A DNA stretch of 64,000 nucleotides from Candidatus Azobacteroides sp. (lineage in GTDB: Bacteria; Bacteroidota; Bacteroidia; Bacteroidales; WRGA01), in NCBI GenBank assembly GCA_009787405.1, contig WRGA01000119.1:328-64327 (forward strand). The letters are read 5' to 3'. Both the position numbers and the translations under genes were made by a program. Below the pieces are notes generated by a model. It did no database searches, was not told the DNA's origin, and saw only the letters and a list, made by a program, of their open reading frames with translations. Position 1 is the first letter of the stretch, and each line of letters begins with the position of its first letter. Shown here piece by piece: positions 15,250-25,222 of this stretch.

Positions 15250-18200
15250 ATGAAAAAATATCTAATACCAATAGTCTTTGTTTTCCTCTTTTGCTTTCCT
15301 GTACTGTCGGTTGCACAGGGAGAAATCTCCGGGACTGTTACCGACACATCCGGAGAACCGGTTGTGGGCGCTACTGTAGCAGTTAAAGGAACCACTGTCG
15401 GAACTGTTACGGATATAAACGGAAAATTCAGCCTGAAAATGCCCGGAAATGCAGGCGTTCTGGTATTCTCTTATTTAGGACTGCAAACGCAAGAAGTTGC
15501 GGTGAAGGAAAACCGGACAGTCTATCATATCGTTATGGAGGATAACCAAGTTCTCATGGATGAAGTTGTTGTAATCGGTTATGGAACCGTAGCCAAAAAA
15601 GACCTGACCGGCGCGGTTTCGTCCATGAGAGGAAAAAGTATAACGTCTATTCCTATTACCAATACGGAAACTGCGCTGACCGGAAGAATGGCCGGTGTAA
15701 CGGTTACTACCTCCGATGGAGCGCCTGATGCCGAGGTACAAATCCGGGTGCGTGGCGGCGGCTCCATCACACAAGACAACAGTCCGTTGTTCATCGTTGA
15801 CGGCTTTCCGGTAGAACGAATCTCAGATATTGCTCCTTCCGACATCGAATCGATCGACGTACTGAAAGACGCTTCTGCCAGCGCCATATATGGAGCGCGT
15901 GGCGCTAACGGCGTGGTTATCGTAACGACCAAATCGGCCAAAGCAGGAAAAACAATCGTCAGCTACAATGTCTACGGGCAGTGGAAACAGATCACCAAGA
16001 AATATTCGGTATTGGATTCATACGAATTTGTGAAACTGCAATACGAATTAAACGACCTCAAATTTAATCATGTGATAGATGCTTTTATCGATACTTTCGG
16101 CGATCCGGAAGATTTCGACATCTACAAAAATATCCCCGGCAGGGACAGTCAGGAAGAAATGTACGGCAAAGACGTATACGGACAGTCGCATAATCTCAGC
16201 GTGAGCGGAGGAACCGAAAAAACCAAGTTCACTACCGGGTTAACTTATCTGAAGGAAGAGGGTATCCTGAGAAATTCTTCTTTTGAAAGATTGAATGCCA
16301 ATTTCAAACTGAACCACCAATTGTTCGAGACCTTGAAGCTTGATTTGTCGGTCTACTATTCCAATGCCACAACCATGGGGGCAGGAACATCGGCTAATAC
16401 ATCAACCGAAATACGCAATGCCGTCAGTTTTCGCCCCGTGACCGGTAAAGATAGCCGTAACGCAAACAATATACTTTTCAATCCTGATTTGTACGACGAT
16501 CTCGAAGGTCAAGGCGACCTGTTCGACCCGATTGTCTTAATCGATCAAGACTACAAGAAACAAAACCGCGAAGAAGTGAACGTCAATGCGGCAGTGACTT
16601 GGGATATCATCAAAAACCTGTCATTCAAGAGCGAATACGGCCTGTTGAAAAGTCACCGGGAAACCGACCGTTTTTATGGGCCCATTACCACGATGGCACG
16701 GACTGTCGGTTCCAACCTGCCGATCGCTAAAATCACCGAAGAGGAAAGGCCTCGCCGGCGAATGACTCATACGCTCAATTATAAATTAAAAAATTTTAAA
16801 AAGCAGCATGATATAAACGCATTGCTTGGCTTTGAAGTATTTTCACAAAGTCAATCCGAAAGAAATAATACGTCCCGCCTGTTTCCGGCCGATATTACTC
16901 CGGAAGACGCTTTCGCCCGGATGCAACTTGGGTCGCCGGAATATGTGGAAGTATTCAGCGAACCCGACTATCGGTTAGTTTCTTTTTTCGGACGCGCCAA
17001 CTATTCGTTTCGAGATAAATACCTCGTTTCTTTTACTGCCCGTGCCGATGGTTCGTCCAAATTTGCTCCGGGCAGAAGATGGAGCGTTTTCCCGTCCGGA
17101 GCTGTGGCGTGGCGCTTATCGCAGGAAAATTTCCTGAAAGAAACAGAACAAATAGACGACCTTAAATTGCGCCTCAGTTATGGAGAAGCAGGAAACGACC
17201 GTATCGACAACGATATGTGGAGAATCAATTACATCGGAACCATTGACAAACCGGTAGTGGGTATCGGCAATACGCCGAATCTGTATTACAAGAAAGCTTC
17301 TTCGGTGATGACCAATCCCGACTTACGGTGGGAAACCACCGTCACCCGAAACGCCGGATCGGATTTCTCTTTTTTCAAAAGCCGCCTTTCCGGAACGCTC
17401 GACTTCTACTATAATACCACCGTAGATTTACTGTTGCAGTCTATTGTTCCCGAACAGACCGGCTACAGTTATCAGCAACAAAACATTGGTCAAACGTCCA
17501 ATAGAGGTTTTGAGATAACGCTGAACGCACCGCTTATTCAGAAAAAAGATTTCACGCTTTCCGCCTCCTTCAATTTCGCCGTGAATCGTAACAGAGTCGG
17601 TAAGTTGAACGACGGAAACTCCTCTTTCTATCGAAGCGATTGGGCAGACGGTCTGCGTGAAACCGACGATTTCATCCTGAAAGTAGGCGAGCCGGTGGGA
17701 TTGATGTACGGCTACGTCACCGATGGATTTTATACCGTTGACGATTTTGTGATTAATACCGGAGGTAAATGGGAACTCAAACCCGGAGTACCTAATGCCA
17801 CGCAAATTACCAATCCGTATTGGATAGGCAATGAGGCTGCAGGGATGCCTACCGTAGGTACCTTGAAACTCAAAAAAACTACGTCTTACAATCCCGACGA
17901 CCCGGCTTCCTGCGTTGTCACTCCCGATGATCGGCAGGTAATCGGCAATGCTCAGCCCAAAAATACCGGAGGATTCAGTTTTACATCGACCTATAAAAAC
18001 ATCGACCTGTCACTCTATTTCAACTGGGTATACGGAAACGACATTTATAATGCCAACAAGATTCTATTTACTACCTTATGGAAGAAAAACTACTATAACA
18101 TGCTTGATATTGTCGATGCTGATAACCGTTTTGTTTATACTGATGATGCCGGAAAAAGAATCACCGATATGGAACAGTTACGCGAAATGAATAAAAACGC

Positions 18201-18507
18201 TGTCATATGGAATCCGAATATGAAAAATCCCGTATTCCATTCATGGGCAGTAGAGGATGGTTCTTTTCTCCGTTTGAATAATGTGATTGTGGGGTACTCT
18301 CTTCCCAAAAATTGGATTACGAAAGTACGTCTGTCACAATGCCGCTTTTATCTGAATGTCAACAATGTTTTTGTTTGGACGAAGTATACCGGATTTGATC
18401 CGGAAGTCAATACGCGCACGCAAACGCCGCTCACGCCGGGTGTGGATTATTCTTCCTATCCCAAGGCAAGGTCATTTACGTTGGGGGCAAATATTACTTT
18501 TGAATGA
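15250..18507 (+). CDS. susC: SusC/RagA-family TonB-dependent outer-membrane transporter
   Basis: It has a carboxypeptidase-regulatory-like N-domain (GTVTDTSGEPVVGATVAVKGTTVGTVTDINGKF), a TonB box (DEVVVIGYGT) and a plug plus barrel. Length is 1085 aa and it ends ...SFTLGANITFE. Confidence 0.93.
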   Translation: MKKYLIPIVFVFLFCFPVLSVAQGEISGTVTDTSGEPVVGATVAVKGTTVGTVTDINGKFSLKMPGNAGVLVFSYLGLQTQEVAVKENRTVYHIVMEDNQVLMDEVVVIGYGTVAKKDLTGAVSSMRGKSITSIPITNTETALTGRMAGVTVTTSDGAPDAEVQIRVRGGGSITQDNSPLFIVDGFPVERISDIAPSDIESIDVLKDASASAIYGARGANGVVIVTTKSAKAGKTIVSYNVYGQWKQITKKYSVLDSYEFVKLQYELNDLKFNHVIDAFIDTFGDPEDFDIYKNIPGRDSQEEMYGKDVYGQSHNLSVSGGTEKTKFTTGLTYLKEEGILRNSSFERLNANFKLNHQLFETLKLDLSVYYSNATTMGAGTSANTSTEIRNAVSFRPVTGKDSRNANNILFNPDLYDDLEGQGDLFDPIVLIDQDYKKQNREEVNVNAAVTWDIIKNLSFKSEYGLLKSHRETDRFYGPITTMARTVGSNLPIAKITEEERPRRRMTHTLNYKLKNFKKQHDINALLGFEVFSQSQSERNNTSRLFPADITPEDAFARMQLGSPEYVEVFSEPDYRLVSFFGRANYSFRDKYLVSFTARADGSSKFAPGRRWSVFPSGAVAWRLSQENFLKETEQIDDLKLRLSYGEAGNDRIDNDMWRINYIGTIDKPVVGIGNTPNLYYKKASSVMTNPDLRWETTVTRNAGSDFSFFKSRLSGTLDFYYNTTVDLLLQSIVPEQTGYSYQQQNIGQTSNRGFEITLNAPLIQKKDFTLSASFNFAVNRNRVGKLNDGNSSFYRSDWADGLRETDDFILKVGEPVGLMYGYVTDGFYTVDDFVINTGGKWELKPGVPNATQITNPYWIGNEAAGMPTVGTLKLKKTTSYNPDDPASCVVTPDDRQVIGNAQPKNTGGFSFTSTYKNIDLSLYFNWVYGNDIYNANKILFTTLWKKNYYNMLDIVDADNRFVYTDDAGKRITDMEQLREMNKNAVIWNPNMKNPVFHSWAVEDGSFLRLNNVIVGYSLPKNWITKVRLSQCRFYLNVNNVFVWTKYTGFDPEVNTRTQTPLTPGVDYSSYPKARSFTLGANITFE

Positions 18508-18526
18508 AAAATTAATAATTAAAATA

Positions 18527-20341
18527 ATGAAACAACTATATAAAATCAGTGCATTATTTATTAGTATGGTATGTTTATTTTGTGCTTGTGAAGATTTCCT
18601 GAATACAAATTCCAAATCACAACTCAACGAAACGACCATGTACAATACGGAAGGCGACATATACAGAGCTGTGTTGGGGATCTATTCCGCTATTATGGTG
18701 GATGGTGTATATGGATTAGACATTCCGTTTATTTTCTGTTATAGCAGCGATATTGAATACGGAGAATGTAACGCCGCCGTTGATAATTCCCGGAGAGGCA
18801 TTTGGGATTATTCGGTTTCGTCTGATAACGATGAAATCGGACGGGCTTGGGGTCCTATTTATTCTGCCGTTAATACAGCCAACGAGTGTATCGAAGGAAT
18901 AGAAAAAAGCGACTTGTTTGCCGAATCTTCTCCGGAAGTACCGTCTGTGGTACGGCAACTCTACGGAGAAGCTAAAGCCATGCGCGCCATGCTCTACCTT
19001 GACTTGGTTCGCAATTGGGGCGACGTACCTTTCCTGACTAAGGGAACCAAAGCCGGCGATGATTTCTATCAAGGGGTAACAAATCGCAACGAAATTCTCT
19101 CTTGGCTGATAAACGATCTGATAGATGCCGAACCGGCCATGTTTTATGCTTCCGAAATTTCACAGTCGATAGAACGATTTAACAGAGGCGCCGTACAAGG
19201 ATTCATTGCCCGAATGTCGCTGGCTCGCGGAGGTTATTCTCTCTACCCTGATTACAACAATCCGTCGGCACCGGGAGAAATGAAAAGACCGGACGACTAT
19301 TTGGAATACTACCGTATCGCCAATACTTATGCCCGAAAACTGCAAACATCGGGTAAACATGGTTTGCTTTCAAGTTTTGCCCAAGTGTTTGTCAATGAAT
19401 GTCAGGAAATTTATCCATCCGGTGATGATGTGCTGTTTGAAATTCCTTTTGCTACATCCTACAATGGCAATACAGGTGTTATTGTCGGACACCGGGTCAA
19501 TCAAAGCAAGAATAACCCCTACGGATGGTCGAGCGGATGGTATTATGCCACGATTACTTATCATGCATCCTTCGATTACAGCGATATACGTCGTGATGTT
19601 ACCTGCGCTCCCTATTCGTGGAGTTGGAATGCCGAAAAAGGCCGTATGGAACAAGTCTTTTCGGAATGGAGATCTATTTACATCGGTAAGTGGAACAGAT
19701 TGTGGATGAAAATACAACAAGGCCCTGACGCCCAATACAGCACAGGCATCAACTTCCCGGTAATCCGTTATGCCGACGTATTGTTGATGTTGGCGGAAAC
19801 GGAGAACGAATTGAACAACGGCCCGACCGACGATGCCCGTAATGCACTTAAGGAAGTACGTCTCCGTGCTTTCCCCGAAAACGTGCAGCATATAAAGGTA
19901 GAGAAATATGTGAACGACCTTGTCACTTACGGCGAGTTTTTTCATGCTGTTCAAAATGAACGCGCATGGGAATTCGGGGGCGAAGCCATCCGCAAATACG
20001 ACCTTATCCGCTGGAATCGCATGGGCAACATCCGGCAAATGAAAATAGACGTAAGCAACATGAGCGGTGATGCCGGTTACCCGAAATATGTGTATACGAA
20101 AACAAAAGATGATGGTACGCTCGATATTCTCAACTTCGATAACACCATGGCTGCTGCTCTGGCCGGATATACCCGCAGGGATTGGGCTGTCGGCACCGCT
20201 ACCGGTGGTTTTACCACTTACGATAAGAGTTTCAAGGACGAATATATTAACCCCGAACCGATGGTGTACATTTTTCCTTTATATAAAGATGTTATAACCG
20301 ACAGTCGCGGTGCATTGAAAAATTATTATGGAAAAAAATAA
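18527..20341 (+). CDS. susD: SusD/RagB-family nutrient-binding lipoprotein
   Basis: I chose the internal start MKQLYKISALFISMVCLFCAC (lipobox), 19 nt after susC. SusD-like blocks are present (RAMLYLDLVRNWGDVPF, FPVIRYADVLLMLAE, ERAWEFGGEAIRKYDLIRW). Confidence 0.9.
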   Translation: MKQLYKISALFISMVCLFCACEDFLNTNSKSQLNETTMYNTEGDIYRAVLGIYSAIMVDGVYGLDIPFIFCYSSDIEYGECNAAVDNSRRGIWDYSVSSDNDEIGRAWGPIYSAVNTANECIEGIEKSDLFAESSPEVPSVVRQLYGEAKAMRAMLYLDLVRNWGDVPFLTKGTKAGDDFYQGVTNRNEILSWLINDLIDAEPAMFYASEISQSIERFNRGAVQGFIARMSLARGGYSLYPDYNNPSAPGEMKRPDDYLEYYRIANTYARKLQTSGKHGLLSSFAQVFVNECQEIYPSGDDVLFEIPFATSYNGNTGVIVGHRVNQSKNNPYGWSSGWYYATITYHASFDYSDIRRDVTCAPYSWSWNAEKGRMEQVFSEWRSIYIGKWNRLWMKIQQGPDAQYSTGINFPVIRYADVLLMLAETENELNNGPTDDARNALKEVRLRAFPENVQHIKVEKYVNDLVTYGEFFHAVQNERAWEFGGEAIRKYDLIRWNRMGNIRQMKIDVSNMSGDAGYPKYVYTKTKDDGTLDILNFDNTMAAALAGYTRRDWAVGTATGGFTTYDKSFKDEYINPEPMVYIFPLYKDVITDSRGALKNYYGKK

Positions 20342-20344
20342 ACG

Positions 20345-22060
20345 ATGAAAACAAAGAAGTATTATGGTTACATATCACTGCTTGCAGGAATTATTTGCTT
20401 GTTTGCAGCAGCTTGTGAAGACAAGGATAACTACGATGAGCCGCGTCTTTTCAAACCGACCGGTTTGTCGGTCAGAGTGTCGTACAACAATGTTAGCGCT
20501 ACATGGAAAGCTACGGATGGAGCCGAAGGATATGAAATAGAAGCTTCGGTTTCTCAAACGTTTGAAACCGGCGATACAATAATTTATACCGATGGAAGTA
20601 CCTTGTCTGCGCAATTCACCGGATTGCAAGAAAACCGGCTTTACTATTTTCGGTTGCGCGGGATAATGAGCGACCCGCAATGCAATTCCAAATACATCTA
20701 TGCACAAATAACTACGCAAGCGGCTTTTTCTGTTTTCTATCCGGTTAATCAGGATTCCATATCTTATTCGGCAGCCATACTCAAATTGCGTGAAGAAGTT
20801 ATTGCCGACAGAATGGTTGTCATCAAAACATCCGGCGACGGAGGTTCCTTTGAGCAGGCGGTAAGCACGGTAGAGTTGAAAAACAAGCGTATCCGGATCG
20901 AGGGGTTGGAAGCCGGTGAATCCTACAAAGTTATTTTGTACAACGGCAGTGAATCGTATGGCTATACGGTATTTACGTTACCCTCTGTCCCGGAAAGAAT
21001 GATAATTATAGACGCCGGTAATAAAGAACAATTGCAAAGTTTACTTGACAATGCCGAAGAAGGTGCTGTTTTTATGTTTCGGGGAAATGTGTTTGATTAT
21101 TCGACAACAGACATCGTTCTCGGCAAAGCTGTTACGCTGATGGGAGAACCGGGCGTTCCCAAGCCCAAATTGTATGTGAAAAATCTGCTGATTGGCGGAA
21201 GAAATGCGGCGGCATCAATCATTGTCGGCAAAATATCGCTGCTCCGCATTGATTTTTCAGGTTACAAGCTGAACGGAAGTACAGAACAAACTTCGGCAGA
21301 ACCCAATCGTTACCTGCTCTCGTGCGATTTTACACAAACTCCCGACATTACTGTTCAACAGATAGATGTACAGGATTGTATGATCCGCAATTACAGTTAT
21401 AGTTTCTTGGAATTGAATGATAAATTGAAAGTAAACGCTGCCAATAAAGTTGTCATCGACGAGATAAATGTGATGCGGACCATTGCTTTCGACTTGGGAA
21501 GAAATAACAGCGGCTATTCTTCATTTATCAGTATTTGCAACAATGCGGCTAATAATGGGTACTGCAAACGGTACAATATTCAAAACAGCACGTTCCATCA
21601 TTTGTTGAGAGGCATGATAGAAGCGCGTATATTTGTTGCGGAACAGGCTGAAGCGAATGTCTTGGTTGAGTCTTGTACTTTTGATTATTCAGGAAAACAA
21701 GATCCTGCGTTAACGGGACGATGGTACGGAACAAACTCCGAGATGACCAAGCCTATATTTGACTTCAAAGCAACGGACGCCGTATCAGCAGTACAAATGA
21801 ATATCAATAACAGTATTTTCGGAGAATTATTTGCAGAGAAGTTAAGTAATGCTTTTTCGCAAGGAATTTCCTCCGTCAGTTTTGGCGGTAGTTTCATGTT
21901 GGCAGCTTCCAAACAGGCAATTACATCAGGAACATTACTGATAACCAACATCAACGCAACGATTAACGAACTATTTCCGAAACGGGCTGATTTTAATTAC
22001 ACAGTAGGAACGGCATTGCCCGAAACGGTTAAAAATGCGGGAGACCCCGGATGGAGATGA
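20345..22060 (+). CDS. surface lipoprotein, FN3 domain + beta-helix-like region (resembles DUF4957/DUF5123 proteins of pectin PULs)
   Basis: It has a lipobox (LFAAC) and an FN3-like segment (PTGLSVRVSYNNVSATWKATDGAEGYEIE...YYFRLRG). It directly follows susD. The family name is from memory and was not searched. Confidence 0.55.
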   Translation: MKTKKYYGYISLLAGIICLFAAACEDKDNYDEPRLFKPTGLSVRVSYNNVSATWKATDGAEGYEIEASVSQTFETGDTIIYTDGSTLSAQFTGLQENRLYYFRLRGIMSDPQCNSKYIYAQITTQAAFSVFYPVNQDSISYSAAILKLREEVIADRMVVIKTSGDGGSFEQAVSTVELKNKRIRIEGLEAGESYKVILYNGSESYGYTVFTLPSVPERMIIIDAGNKEQLQSLLDNAEEGAVFMFRGNVFDYSTTDIVLGKAVTLMGEPGVPKPKLYVKNLLIGGRNAAASIIVGKISLLRIDFSGYKLNGSTEQTSAEPNRYLLSCDFTQTPDITVQQIDVQDCMIRNYSYSFLELNDKLKVNAANKVVIDEINVMRTIAFDLGRNNSGYSSFISICNNAANNGYCKRYNIQNSTFHHLLRGMIEARIFVAEQAEANVLVESCTFDYSGKQDPALTGRWYGTNSEMTKPIFDFKATDAVSAVQMNINNSIFGELFAEKLSNAFSQGISSVSFGGSFMLAASKQAITSGTLLITNINATINELFPKRADFNYTVGTALPETVKNAGDPGWR

Positions 22061-25000
22061 AAAAAATAAAGAAAGCAATCATTGCAGGCTTGTGCGGACT
22101 GTGCGCAAGCCTTGCACTACAAGCCGCCGACATTCCCCGCCGGGCCGTTTATCCGGTGAGGGACGCAATGGAAATCAAGTCGCTGAATGGTGTCTGGAAA
22201 TTTCGGCTGGTGCCGGAGGGTAAAATTCCTGCGTCTGAAACCGATTTCTTCCGACCGGAGTTTAACGACGGAGCATGGGATCATATTCGTGTACCGGCTA
22301 ACTGGGAAATGGAAGGGAAAAAAGAGCCTGAATACGGAGGCGATATCCGGGATTGCCTCGGATTATACCGGACAACCTTCCGGCTCAATTCGGCTTGGCA
22401 GTCCAAACACGTCATCCTGCGGTTCGACGGAGTATTGTTTGCTTACGATGTATATGTGAACGGGCATCATGTCGGATATTGGGCAAGCTCGTTCAACATG
22501 TGTCAGTTCGACATTACGCCTTTCATTTATTTCGATGGACCGAATGTGCTGGCGGTGAAAGTTTCCACACGGGCCAAAGGTTATCGTTTCGACCTGAACG
22601 ATGATTGGGCGTTGTCGGGAATTTTCCGTGATGTGGAACTTTTCTCCGTTCCCGATACTCATTTAAAAGACGTTACGTTCAAGAGTTTTCTCAAGGATGA
22701 TCATAAGGCAATGATTTCCGTTGATGTTTCTGTCGACGCTTTTACCGGGCCGCCCGGTGAGTTGTACGTACAGGCGATGTTAAACGATGAATCCGGAAAA
22801 ACGGTTTGCGCTTTTCGCAACAAAATGAACCGGGAAGGAGAAGCTCTGACGCATTTTGAAGGCCTCATAGAACAACCAACGCTTTGGACAGCCGAAACGC
22901 CGTATCTGTATCGTTTGGAAGTTTATCTTACCGATGTTAAAAATAATGTTGTTCAACACATTACGGAAAAAGTAGGCATTCGCGAAGTTTCCGTTAAAGA
23001 TGGAATATTGCTGATTAACAACAAACCTGTACACATTCGCGGCGTGTGCATGAATGAGATGCATCCCACATTGGGACGGGCATGGACGGATGAGGTGCGG
23101 ATACACGACCTGAAAATGCTGAAAGCGGCCAATGCAAATTTTGTCCGCACGGCGCATTATCCTTTTCACCCGCGCTTTTTGGAAATATGCGATGAGCTGG
23201 GGCTGTATGTTTGCAATGAAGTGCCTTTCGGCTACGGCGATATGCATCTGACGGATCCCGCTTATCAAGACGAACTTTACAAGCGTGCCGAAGCAACCAT
23301 CGCACGGGATAAAAATCATCCGTCGGTTATAGTTTGGAGCGTAGGCAACGAAAATCCCTATACGGAATTGGTGGAAAATACCGTGCAATATGTCAAGGAG
23401 AAAGACCCGACCCGACCGCGTGTGTTGCCGATGGTGGGTACGTATTTCATGGAAAACCGTGAACGATTGTCGGATAATGTAAGCATGTATTCCTTTCATT
23501 ATCAATCGCCCGAAGCGGTAGAACGTATTGCGAAATTGAATGAAAAACCCATCTTGCTGACGGAATATTCACATTCATTAGGACTATCGTTTGATGCACT
23601 CGAAGCGCAGTATGCCATGATGAAGAAATATAAAAACATCGCCGGTGGTTCTGTCTGGGATTGGGCGGATCAGGCGATACTGAAAACACGCAGCAAACAA
23701 GAGTTTCTCAACGATACCCTTGTGCAGGGTGTTTGGAAAGATTCCACACAATATTACGATAGTTTCAATGACCGGGGCAGCGATGGTATCGTTTACGCCA
23801 ACCGCTATCCGCAAGAAGACTACCGGCAAGTGCGCAAAGTTTATTCTCCGGTTGTGTTTACGGACTCATTGATTCATGCAGCAACAGGAAATCAGGAAAT
23901 CAGGCTTACCATCGAAAATCGTTTCGACTTTATTTCCCTGTGTGGGTATCAATGTCGGTGGGCATTAAAAAATTTCCGGCAAATCTTGTCTTTCGGGGTG
24001 ATAGACTTGAATACGCCTGCACAAAGCCAAAGCGAAGTAAAACTTACGGTGAACGTTCCGGATTCGGTTGCGTACCGCGATTACGTATTGGTTTTAACCG
24101 TATACGACAAACAAATGCATGCGGTATGCGAACGTTCTCTTCCGTTGCTCGTAAACGCTGAGCCATTGAACTACCCGGTGTTGCTTAATCGTGAATTTGC
24201 CGGAAAAACATGGAAGGTAGAAAAAGGTAAAACCATTCGCGCTGCCACCGATGATTTGCGTTTTTCTTTAGATCATAACGGAAAAATACGATTGACCGGT
24301 AAAGGCGGAAAAGTATATTTGGATAGTGAACTGCTGATTCGTGTAGGCCGGAAACCAACCATCAATTTGCTGAACTTGGGTATGCGCCGTAAAGATCTGT
24401 TCTATTGGAATCCCTATTTGTTGCCGCCCGAAATAGTCGGAAAAAATGTTTACCAAACAAAAGATACATTGCATATTGCACTGGATTGCCGTTGGAACCG
24501 ACAGGAAAAACAAGGGGAATATATTGACGGAAAAATAAATATCGCAGTCTCCCGCAACAGTGTAATTCACTTTGACTATAGCGTGAAGCCTCAACAGGCA
24601 ACGGGCAGTCTTTTGGAATTTGGACTTGCCTTATGCTTACCGTTTGATGTTACGACATTTCGCTGGCTGGGCGATGGGCCGTTTTCTTCTACTCCCGGCA
24701 AGAGGGCGCTCAATGAGAAAGATGTTTGGACATTGGATAAAGACGACATCCGTTTCACCGGCAACCGTGCCAATGTAGATGTTGCTTTGTTTACCGGCGA
24801 TGATAACTATGCGATAGGTTTTGCCGGTAACCGTTCTGATTTGGGTGTAGAAAATATAGACGGCAGGATTGTCATTTCCGACAATCTCGTTGTGGTAGGA
24901 TACGGAACGAAACTTTCTCAGCCCATTAATGAACAAAAGGCTGACAAAATAGGGGAGAAGCGAGGCGCTTTTTGTCTGACGATAGTAAATACCATTCAGA

Positions 25001-25083
25001 ATAAGGGGTTGTTCCATGCTGTTTTCAGTCCTTATGATATTGTATTGCCCGAAAAACCATTTCTGAAAAGTTACGGGTTTTAA
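22051..25083 (+). CDS. glycoside hydrolase family 2 (beta-galactosidase-like)
   Basis: It has a signal peptide and a sugar-binding domain (NGHHVGYWASSFNMCQFDIT). The TIM barrel carries RTAHYPFHPRFLEICDELGLYV, WSVGNENP (acid/base) and LLTEYSH (nucleophile). Length is 1010 aa. Confidence 0.88.
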   Translation: MEMKKIKKAIIAGLCGLCASLALQAADIPRRAVYPVRDAMEIKSLNGVWKFRLVPEGKIPASETDFFRPEFNDGAWDHIRVPANWEMEGKKEPEYGGDIRDCLGLYRTTFRLNSAWQSKHVILRFDGVLFAYDVYVNGHHVGYWASSFNMCQFDITPFIYFDGPNVLAVKVSTRAKGYRFDLNDDWALSGIFRDVELFSVPDTHLKDVTFKSFLKDDHKAMISVDVSVDAFTGPPGELYVQAMLNDESGKTVCAFRNKMNREGEALTHFEGLIEQPTLWTAETPYLYRLEVYLTDVKNNVVQHITEKVGIREVSVKDGILLINNKPVHIRGVCMNEMHPTLGRAWTDEVRIHDLKMLKAANANFVRTAHYPFHPRFLEICDELGLYVCNEVPFGYGDMHLTDPAYQDELYKRAEATIARDKNHPSVIVWSVGNENPYTELVENTVQYVKEKDPTRPRVLPMVGTYFMENRERLSDNVSMYSFHYQSPEAVERIAKLNEKPILLTEYSHSLGLSFDALEAQYAMMKKYKNIAGGSVWDWADQAILKTRSKQEFLNDTLVQGVWKDSTQYYDSFNDRGSDGIVYANRYPQEDYRQVRKVYSPVVFTDSLIHAATGNQEIRLTIENRFDFISLCGYQCRWALKNFRQILSFGVIDLNTPAQSQSEVKLTVNVPDSVAYRDYVLVLTVYDKQMHAVCERSLPLLVNAEPLNYPVLLNREFAGKTWKVEKGKTIRAATDDLRFSLDHNGKIRLTGKGGKVYLDSELLIRVGRKPTINLLNLGMRRKDLFYWNPYLLPPEIVGKNVYQTKDTLHIALDCRWNRQEKQGEYIDGKINIAVSRNSVIHFDYSVKPQQATGSLLEFGLALCLPFDVTTFRWLGDGPFSSTPGKRALNEKDVWTLDKDDIRFTGNRANVDVALFTGDDNYAIGFAGNRSDLGVENIDGRIVISDNLVVVGYGTKLSQPINEQKADKIGEKRGAFCLTIVNTIQNKGLFHAVFSPYDIVLPEKPFLKSYGF

Positions 25084-25222
25084 GTATGGTGAAAAAATAG
25101 TTTATATTTTAAATGCCAAAGTCGCCAAGGCAGAAAGACACGAAGTTTAAAATCTTTGCGGCTTTGCATCTTCGCGTTTAAAATCATTTAAATTGAAAAT
25201 ACTGATAAAGAAAATACGAACA

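Noticed and set aside
22780-23505. 241-aa ORF antisense to the GH2 gene, plus similar shadow ORFs at 13188..13874, 19370..20038, 29773..30486, 7307..7831 and 43056..43598
   Set aside because: Each is nested opposite a long, motif-supported gene and has an odd composition with no signal or domain features.
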